Assembly: GCF_018398935.1 (NCBI RefSeq)
Contig: NZ_CP074694.1
Location: forward strand, 4,710,001-4,742,000
Source of the DNA: Telmatocola sphagniphila
GTDB taxonomy: Bacteria; Planctomycetota; Planctomycetia; Gemmatales; Gemmataceae
Length of the DNA: 32,000 nucleotides
Reading direction: 5' to 3'
In this document: positions 8,481-15,400 of the stretch, piece by piece
Layout of the letters: every line of letters begins with the position of its first letter
Position numbering within the stretch: the stretch's first letter is position 1
The notes under the pieces: model-generated
What the model saw: the letters and a program-made list of their open reading frames with translations, nothing else
Told to the model about the DNA's origin: nothing
Databases searched by the model: none
Made by a program: the position numbers and the translations under genes

Positions 8481-9170
8481 ATGTTGCATCCCGAATTCCA
8501 AAGATCGGATCGCCGGGCGTTTCTGGGAGCTCTCAGCGCCAGCCTGTTCCTCACTCCAGGACTTTTCGCCGAGCAACTGCTTATCACGCCCCGGATGACC
8601 GAGGGGCCATTCTACCCCGACAAATTACCCCTCGATACCGACAACGACCTGATTATCGTCAATAACTCGTTGACCCCGGCGGTCGGCGAGATCACTCATC
8701 TGACCGGCCGGGTGCTGGACCTGTCGGGAAGTCCGATCAAGGATGCGACCGTCGAAATCTGGCAGTGCGATGCCAACGAAGTCTATCTGCACTCCTCCGA
8801 TAGCGGTCCTAAAGCCAAACAGCGCGACAAAAATTTTCAGGGATTCGGCCGCTTCAGCACCAGTTCCAAGGGTGAATATCGGTTCCGAACCATCAAACCC
8901 GTTCCCTATCCGGGCCGGCCGGCACCGCACATTCACTTCAAGGTGAAAAAGGGCAACCGCGAATTGATCACGACTCAATTGATGGTTCGCGGACATGCGG
9001 GCAACGCTCGCGATGGCATCTTCAGCGATTTGCGGGATCCGATCGATCGCGAATTGGTTCTGGGCGATTTCAAACGAGTCCCGGAATCGAAAGTGGGCGA
9101 ATGGGCGGTGAAATTCGATATCATCGTCGGCCGCACACCCGACGAAAATTCGTCCGACCGCAAACGATAA
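8481..9170 (+). CDS. Tat-signal intradiol ring-cleavage dioxygenase family protein (protocatechuate 3,4-dioxygenase beta-like)
   Basis: 229-aa ORF with ATG at 8481. Twin-arginine signal SDRRAFLGALSASLFLTPGLFA. Family motifs TEGPFYP, DATVEIWQCDANEVY and YRFRTIKPVPYPGRPAPHIHFKV (Tyr and His-x-His iron-ligand positions). Confidence 0.85.
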   Translation: MLHPEFQRSDRRAFLGALSASLFLTPGLFAEQLLITPRMTEGPFYPDKLPLDTDNDLIIVNNSLTPAVGEITHLTGRVLDLSGSPIKDATVEIWQCDANEVYLHSSDSGPKAKQRDKNFQGFGRFSTSSKGEYRFRTIKPVPYPGRPAPHIHFKVKKGNRELITTQLMVRGHAGNARDGIFSDLRDPIDRELVLGDFKRVPESKVGEWAVKFDIIVGRTPDENSSDRKR

Positions 9171-9176
9171 CATCTC

Positions 9177-9200
9177 GGGGAGTCATCGACTTCCCTTTTC
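9177..9200 (+). terminator. Weak hairpin plus T-tract after the dioxygenase gene
   Basis: ggggagt (9177-9183), loop catcg, acttccc (9189-9195), with one G-U pair, followed by ttttc. The stem is short. Confidence 0.35.
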
Positions 9201-9252
9201 AATTTCCAGGAACAATCGATCGTTCGCGAAGCGAACCCAGAGGACTACGGCC

Positions 9253-9879
9253 ATGCGGAAACTGTTCGGTTTATTGATCGCCAGCGCTTTGCTGGTAACG
9301 GCTTCGCTCAGCGAGGCGCAACCACCCGGCGGCGGTAAAGGCGGGAAGGGAGGCGGAGGGTCCGCCGATCCCGATGCGGCCGTCGAACGGATGTTCAAAC
9401 TCTTCGATGCCAACAAAGACGGCAAACTGACCAAAGAAGAGATTACCGATGAACGGCTGCTGCCGTTGTTCGAGCGGGCGGACAGCAAGAAACAAGGTTA
9501 CATCACCAAGGAAGAGCTCAAAGCCTTATTCGTCAAAGAAGCCAGCGAGTACGGCAGCAAGGGCGGCGGCGGCAAGGGTGGCAAAGGGGGTTTTGGCGGC
9601 GGCTTTGGTGGTGGGCCCGGTGGACCGGGCGGCCCGGGTGGGCCAGGGGGTCGCGGCGGGCCGCCTCAACCGGGACAAGTACTACCGAATTTCCTTCAGG
9701 ACATGCTCCATCTGAATGACACTCAGAAAAAGCAGCTCGATGAGTTGCAAAAGGAAGTCGACACCAAGCTGGAAAAAATTCTGACCGCCGATCAGAAGGA
9801 ACAGCTCAAGCAGATGCGTGATCGGGGACCCGGCGGGCCGGGAGGTCCCGGCGGGCCGGGCGGGCCACCCCCCGGCTAA
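9253..9879 (+). CDS. Secreted EF-hand calcium-binding protein with Gly/Lys and Gly/Pro low-complexity tracts and an LTxxQ-like helical segment
   Basis: 208-aa ORF with a GAGGA Shine-Dalgarno upstream of the ATG at 9253. Signal peptide MRKLFGLLIASALLVTASLSEA. Canonical EF loop DANKDGKLTKEE (9406-9441) and a degenerate second loop DSKKQGYITKEE. Low-complexity tracts GGGKGGKGGGG and (GGP)n. The segment LNDTQKKQLDELQKEVDTKLEKILTADQKEQLKQM resembles Spy/CpxP-type LTxxQ repeats. Confidence 0.85.
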   Translation: MRKLFGLLIASALLVTASLSEAQPPGGGKGGKGGGGSADPDAAVERMFKLFDANKDGKLTKEEITDERLLPLFERADSKKQGYITKEELKALFVKEASEYGSKGGGGKGGKGGFGGGFGGGPGGPGGPGGPGGRGGPPQPGQVLPNFLQDMLHLNDTQKKQLDELQKEVDTKLEKILTADQKEQLKQMRDRGPGGPGGPGGPGGPPPG

Positions 9880-9889
9880 AGGAAAATTT

Positions 9890-10246
9890 CTAAGCGCGAT
9901 CGGAGCGGAAATTTGAAGAAGGTCCCCTCTCAGAAGGTTTCAACAAGGGCAGTTGCATTTTCTGGCGGGCTTCCGGACACTGGGTGCCCACCGGCTGGAA
10001 TCTTCGGCAGACGTCCGGGCGAGTCGAGTAGATCTCACATCGATTGTCGGCCTGCAGGAAGCTGCAGGTTTCGAGAAAAGGCAAAGGATAAATTTGATAT
10101 CGCTGTTCGGGACTGGCCAACCAGGCCTCCCGGCAGCGGGCTTCCGATGCGATTCTGGGTTCTCGAACCGCATCGGCTACAGAAGCGTAAATCGGAAAGA
10201 CCCGGCAGCCGGCGCCACACAGGTCGCATTCGTAGTCCGCGGCCAT
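9890..10246 (-). CDS. YkgJ-family (UPF0153) cysteine-cluster zinc/iron-chelating protein
   Basis: 118-aa ORF with ATG at 10246. N-terminal CDLCGAGC cluster and C-terminal ETCSFLQADNRCEIYSTRPDVCRRF, which matches the family pattern C.FL...n.C.IY..RP..CR.F. Confidence 0.75.
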   Translation of the reverse strand: MAADYECDLCGAGCRVFPIYASVADAVREPRIASEARCREAWLASPEQRYQIYPLPFLETCSFLQADNRCEIYSTRPDVCRRFQPVGTQCPEARQKMQLPLLKPSERGPSSNFRSDRA

Positions 10247-10261
10247 CGAAGCAAATCACAA

Positions 10262-11008
10262 CTATTCCTTCGGTTTACGAATGAAGTAAGCTTCGCCGCT
10301 TCCTTCAGGTCCGAAAGTTTCCAATTTCAATTCCGGATGCTCGTTCAGGAACTCATCCACCGCTTTTCGACAGCCCTGATAAGCCGAGTAATCGTCTATC
10401 TGAATAACCCCACCCGGCATGAGGAAATGCCACCAGCGCGAAAGCGTCAGCTCCGTGGGTTCGAAGAAATCGCAATCGATATGCAGTAAGGCCACGCGAT
10501 TGATATCGGCTTTGGGGAAGGTTTCGTTGAACCAGCCGTGATGAATGGTCACCCGCTTGGGATCGATTTTCAATTGCGTGAAAATCTGATTCACTCGCTT
10601 CGGGCTACCGACGACCTGCCCTTCCCATTTGCGAGCATCCATGCCATCTTCCGGCGCCGATTTCGGTAAGCCTTCCCAGGCATCGAACAAGTGAATGGGC
10701 CGGTTGTCCGCCGCGCTGGCCCAGGCCATGAGTGCGGATGTTCCTCCATCGAGGACGCCGCATTCGATGATCGCGCCTTCGATCTTGTTTTCTGAAAGCT
10801 CCTGGCAGAGCTTGACGAGATGCTGCTGCCGGGTCAAGCTGGCCTGGGTGAATGGAAAAACCATGTTGTAAGGAAAGTCGAGCTTCAGGTGTCGAAGCTG
10901 GCGCCGCTTGCGAAAGCCCCGGAGGATCGGTTGCATGCGTTTCGGAATCAACTTGCGGATGCCGGAAAACGATTGCTTGGGGGCGGTTTCGTACAACGAC
11001 GGGTCCAT
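10262..11008 (-). CDS. TylF/MycF-family class I SAM-dependent O-methyltransferase
   Basis: The track ORF begins at a GTG (11038). The ATG at 11008 is preceded by AGGA at a spacing of 9 nt, so I prefer it. Motifs GAIIECGVLDGGTSALMA (SAM-binding loop), LFDAWEGLP, ALLHIDCDFFEPT and GGVIQIDDY are typical of macrocin-O-methyltransferase-like proteins. Confidence 0.8.
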   Translation of the reverse strand: MDPSLYETAPKQSFSGIRKLIPKRMQPILRGFRKRRQLRHLKLDFPYNMVFPFTQASLTRQQHLVKLCQELSENKIEGAIIECGVLDGGTSALMAWASAADNRPIHLFDAWEGLPKSAPEDGMDARKWEGQVVGSPKRVNQIFTQLKIDPKRVTIHHGWFNETFPKADINRVALLHIDCDFFEPTELTLSRWWHFLMPGGVIQIDDYSAYQGCRKAVDEFLNEHPELKLETFGPEGSGEAYFIRKPKE

Positions 11009-11084
11009 GGTGTAAAGTCCTGAGAGCGATTGCCGCACGGGAAAGCAATCATGTTAGCGTCAGTTAAAGTGAAACGCAATACCT

Positions 11085-12365
11085 TCATCGAGAAAGAACC
11101 GCCAGGGTATCGCGCGCCATTTTCTCGGCCGTGAAGTGTTCGAACACAGCCTTTTTGCCGCTTTCCGCCAACTGATTTCGCAAAGTCGCATCGCTCAGAA
11201 TCCTGTGCAAAGCTTTAGCCAGACCGGCCGGATCGTTCGGCGGAACGAGCAGACCGCCGCGAGTGGCCGCGATAAGTTCTGGAAAGGAACCATGTTCGGG
11301 CTGAACGACCGGAACACCGTTGGCGAGCGCTTCGAGGATGTAAATCCCTTTCGGCTCGCGATAAGTCGTGGGAACGGACAGAACGTCGATACTGCACATG
11401 AAATCGAGCTTGCTGCGGTGCGTGGGAGATTCCAGATATTCCACTTCGGCCGTTAAGCCGGCGGCTTCAATTTTTTTCATCTGCGCTGCGAAATAGTCTT
11501 TCTGATTGCCGCCCAGCCAGCCGGAAATTTTTAGTTTGCTCGGGGGAGCCGAAGGAGTTTTTCGCAACTCGATGAAGGCATCCACCAGAATGTGCAGCCC
11601 CTTTTCGGGGCAGATGCGGGCGAAGTAGCCAATCGTATAGGGGGGCTCCTGGCGAAACTCGCGCGGCCGGCCATGACCGGTAAGCTTCAGCCCCGGGTAG
11701 ACGACTTTCAGGTTCGAAGCATGCAGCTTCAGATATTCGTTCATGAAATCGGCGTAGTACTGGCTGGTGGCGATCAGGCCGGTCAGCGATGCGCAGTTTT
11801 TCTGAATCTGAGCCAGACAGCGCTCCCGATAATCGGTCGGGAGCGATTCCAGAAAAATGTCGTCCCCCTGCAGGATCGCCCAGACGGGCACTTTCAAGCG
11901 CCGGCGAATCTCCGGGACCATTCCCGAAAGCAGTACGTTGGTGAGTAATACGACTTCCGGCTTAATCTGGTGTTCCAGATAGTTCAGAAACTTCGAGAGC
12001 TCTTTACGCTGCTTGCCGGCCGATCCTTCCAGCATGGATAGGGTGAGATCGCCCAGATCGCTCGCCTGCGTTTTAACGGCGAAGCGTCCCGCCAGCTTCA
12101 GCAGCGGGCGAAAATTCAGGGCCTTGTCGAACCAGTGCGGCGTATGCCGGAAGAGTGCGAACTTCTGCTGGAGGTAGACGTTGATGCCGCCGAATTGAAT
12201 CGGTCCGGCCGAAACGTCGGCCTCGTCGGTAGTAATGGGAGTATATGTGGGAATCAGGACGGCATCGTGATTCAGGCGAATCAGTTCGGTCGCCAGAGTA
12301 TTATCTTTCATGCAGGAACCGCAGAACATTCCTGCCGCACCGGCCGTGATGAAAGCGAGCTTCAT
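11085..12365 (-). CDS. GT-B fold glycosyltransferase, family 4-like
   Basis: 426-aa ORF with ATG at 12365. C-terminal half YREPKGIYILEALANGVPVVQPEHGSFPELI carries the E-x7-E region of GT4/GT1-type enzymes. The N-terminal MKLAFITAGAAGMFCGSCMKDN has an unusual CxxC. Confidence 0.8.
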   Translation of the reverse strand: MKLAFITAGAAGMFCGSCMKDNTLATELIRLNHDAVLIPTYTPITTDEADVSAGPIQFGGINVYLQQKFALFRHTPHWFDKALNFRPLLKLAGRFAVKTQASDLGDLTLSMLEGSAGKQRKELSKFLNYLEHQIKPEVVLLTNVLLSGMVPEIRRRLKVPVWAILQGDDIFLESLPTDYRERCLAQIQKNCASLTGLIATSQYYADFMNEYLKLHASNLKVVYPGLKLTGHGRPREFRQEPPYTIGYFARICPEKGLHILVDAFIELRKTPSAPPSKLKISGWLGGNQKDYFAAQMKKIEAAGLTAEVEYLESPTHRSKLDFMCSIDVLSVPTTYREPKGIYILEALANGVPVVQPEHGSFPELIAATRGGLLVPPNDPAGLAKALHRILSDATLRNQLAESGKKAVFEHFTAEKMARDTLAVLSR

Positions 12366-12404
12366 ACTTTACATATTAGTCATTCGTATCCGTGCGGGCC
12401 GAGG

Positions 12405-12457
12405 ATAAAAAAGAACCGAGTTGAGAAACCCCGGATCAAGGAGTTCTCAACTCGGTT
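12405..12457 (-). terminator. Rho-independent terminator of the S8/FG-GAP gene
   Basis: On the minus strand, aaccgagttgagaa pairs with ttctcaactcggtt (plus-strand coordinates 12444-12457 and 12414-12427). This is a perfect 14-bp stem with a 16-nt loop, followed by cttttttat. It starts 23 nt after the stop codon at 12480-12482. Confidence 0.85.
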
Positions 12458-12479
12458 GTTGTCTGACCCGGCTTCTGGA

Positions 12480-15400
12480 TTACGAGTTGCTGGAAGCCGC
12501 GATGAAGACGCCCCCGCCGAACGTCATGTTCGCCAGAGTGAGGTCGCTGATCGAAGCTAGCGGGTTAATGCTGTAGAAGGAGACCTGCGGCTTGCTGCCG
12601 AAGCCGCGGGAGAGCATCAATTCGCGGTTACCGCCACCTGCCGGGGAGACATCGACCACCGCCACATTCACCGGGGCATTGCTGACCTGGGGTTGGTAGG
12701 TGTTCGGGCTGAAGGTCGGGTTGTAGTAGAAGCTGGCCATTACCGTCAGCGAGTTCGCATCGTAGACGATGACGTGCGGACCGGCCCCGGCAAGCGGGGT
12801 CACAATGATGTCGTTGGAGCCGTCGTTGGCAACATCGCCCGCGGCCACGTTAATGCCGCCCATGAAGCCCGGAGCAAACGCGTAGAACGTGCGGACCAGA
12901 GAATTCGATTGGCCATCGAAGACGTTCACTAATGGACCGATAGCTCCCGGTCCGGCTCCGGTAATGATGTCATCGTAACCATTACCGCTGATATCCGCGG
13001 CTGCCAGCGATACTCCGCCCTGGAAACTCGGGGAGTATGCATAGAAGCTGCGAATCAGAGCGTTGGAAGCTCCATCGAATACTTCGACGTGCGGACCAGC
13101 ACCCGGTCCATCGACCGCCACGATGATATCCGCTCGGCCATCCCCGTTGATATCCCCAGCGGCCAGGCTGATGCCACTGGTGAAGCTCGGGCTGAAAGCG
13201 TAGAAGCTGCGCGTCACCTGATGGGTCTGGCCATCGTACACGACAACGTGCGGAGGTCCGCCGGCTCCCGGTACGACCACCACATCCTGAATGCCATCGC
13301 CGTTGATGTCACCCACGGCGACTTTCAGTGGGCCGTTGAAACCAGGGAATGGAGTGAAGGAGAATCGCAGGCTACCCGTTCGGGCGTCGTAGACGTTCAC
13401 CGAGGAAGAAACACCCGGCCCGTAAGGGGTAGTGGTGACATAGATGCTGTCTTGATAACTCGTCCCACCCACGGTTTCAATGTTCTGATAACCGACGCTA
13501 CCGCCATCCAGGCTCTGGTAGATTCGGCTTTGGCCGAGTGGCCCCAGATTCGGATTTTGGATGTTGGTAACGGTGGTTCGCGTTCCAGTCGTGTTCACGT
13601 TAAGCGTATCGCCCACACCCGTGGAAGGCAGATTGCCATCGACGAAGATATTTGTCGAGAGGGAAGGCGTGGCGTTGAAGACGTCGCCACTACCGACAGG
13701 TTGGTTGCCGCCTTCGACGAACAGGTTCGTGAGATTCGCCAGCGAAATGCTGCGCAGGTTTCCGAGCGTCTTGTTGTTCATCGAAACGCCGGTGGCCGAG
13801 ATGTTGAAGGTCGTACTCCCGTTGGCGGCGGTGGTTTCGTTGAACTGGGTCTTGGCCTGACCGGTCGAAGTGATCCCGACCACGGTTAGCGTGTCCTTCT
13901 TGCCGGAATTATTCGCATCCCCGTTGAAGGAGAGGCCCGAATTGATGTTGGTGAAGGATACGCTCGAATTGACGGTGCCGTTGGTGATCCGACCGCTCGA
14001 GCCATCGATGGGAGCGTAGACGTATCCACCGAGAAGGTTGTTGGCATTTCCGTAGCCGACACTCGAGGTATCGGAAATCGCTAAGGCATTTTGTCCCCCG
14101 GCTCCGTTAATGTTGACGCTTTGCAGATTACCGTAGGAGACACTTTCGTAGCCGCCGTTACGGATCTGGCCGGCGGTGCCGCCGCTGGTAATGCCGAGCG
14201 TCAAGTTATCGTTGCCGGCCGATCCGGTCAAATTCAGCTTGTTCGTTCCAGTGGTCTTGGAGTCATTGATGTTGATGGTATCCGCGCCACCGGAGAGCTG
14301 AATGTTGAAGGTGTCGTTACCGCTGTTGCCGAGGAGGTTGGCCGTGCCGACCCAGTTGGAGACATTGAAGGTCGTCGCACTGTTGCCGCCGGTCAGATTG
14401 GCGACCGTCACACCGGAGAGAGTGATCGGGGCGTTGGTTCCCGCCAGCAATTTCCCACTCTGAAGTGTAAAGGTACCGGTACCCACGGTGTCGATCGTGT
14501 TGGTTCCGCGACCGCCAATGTAGTTGACATTGAAAGTAGTGTTCACCGGGCCATTGCTGGTATTCACTGTGAGAGACGAATTGCCGATTCCGCTGACGAA
14601 GTTGATCTGCTTGAGGAACTGATCTCGCAGAACGTTACCGAGGATCTGCCCGTTGAGGATGATCTGAACGTTATTCACGAAGCGGGGATCGGTAGAGACG
14701 CTGATTTGGAAGTTATCCGGAGCGGTGCCATTCCGGCCACCCACCACGTTCAGCACGCCGCCGTCGAGAGCGAGGATCGCACTGGCGCCGTTCACGAGTC
14801 CATATCCGGCGTATTCATTGAAATTAGCCGCATTGACGCCGCTAGGATTGTTGAAGAGCCCATCGTAGTAGGTCGGGCTGGGATTATTCAGCGGTTGAGC
14901 CGTGCTTTCCATCAAGTTCACAAGCTGGGTATTCGACAGCTTGGGATTGTACTGGAGTATCTGCAAGGCAATCGCGGCTGCGTTAGGCGCGGCGGCCGAG
15001 GTCCCGTGGAAGGGTCGGAAACCGGAAAGCGATGTGGTGATGCCCGACTCGGCCATTAAATCGATGCCGTGTTGCTGAACCGGTGTGGTCAGTCGATTAC
15101 CGCTGTCATCGAAGCTTCTCCAACCACCACCATAAGAGGAGTAGTCGACCTTGGTATAAACGTTGGGATTATTTTCCTCCGTTGCACCGATGGCGAGGAC
15201 ATCATTGGAAATTACGTGGTCGCCCGTGGTCGTGGCTATTCCACTGTTGGGTGCCGGGTTCGTATAGTCGTTAACGCCGGGCAAGCCGCCGAGAATCACC
15301 AAATTATCCGCAAGGTCAACGTACCGGAATTTACCGATGTCGTATCCACTCGCCATGTAGATGCCGATGAACCCAAAAACAGGGGTTTGGCCACTGTTGG

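Noticed and set aside
8384-8665. 93-aa plus-strand ORF overlapping the start of the dioxygenase gene in another frame.
   Set aside because: The 8481 frame has a Tat signal and dioxygenase motifs. The alternative frame is featureless and would begin inside the terminator's T-tract.
9580-9870. Short tandem GGN/CCN nucleotide repeats (ggtggacc gggcggccc gggtgggcc ...) that could be mistaken for a microsatellite or a CRISPR-like array.
   Set aside because: They are in frame within the EF-hand gene and encode (GGP)n. They have no spacer/repeat organisation and are imperfect at the DNA level.
12366-12404. Possible -10 box TAATAT (plus-strand 12373-12378) just upstream of the GT4 start.
   Set aside because: There is no acceptable -35 element at 16-18 bp spacing, and it would leave an implausibly short leader. 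The evidence is too weak to list as a promoter.
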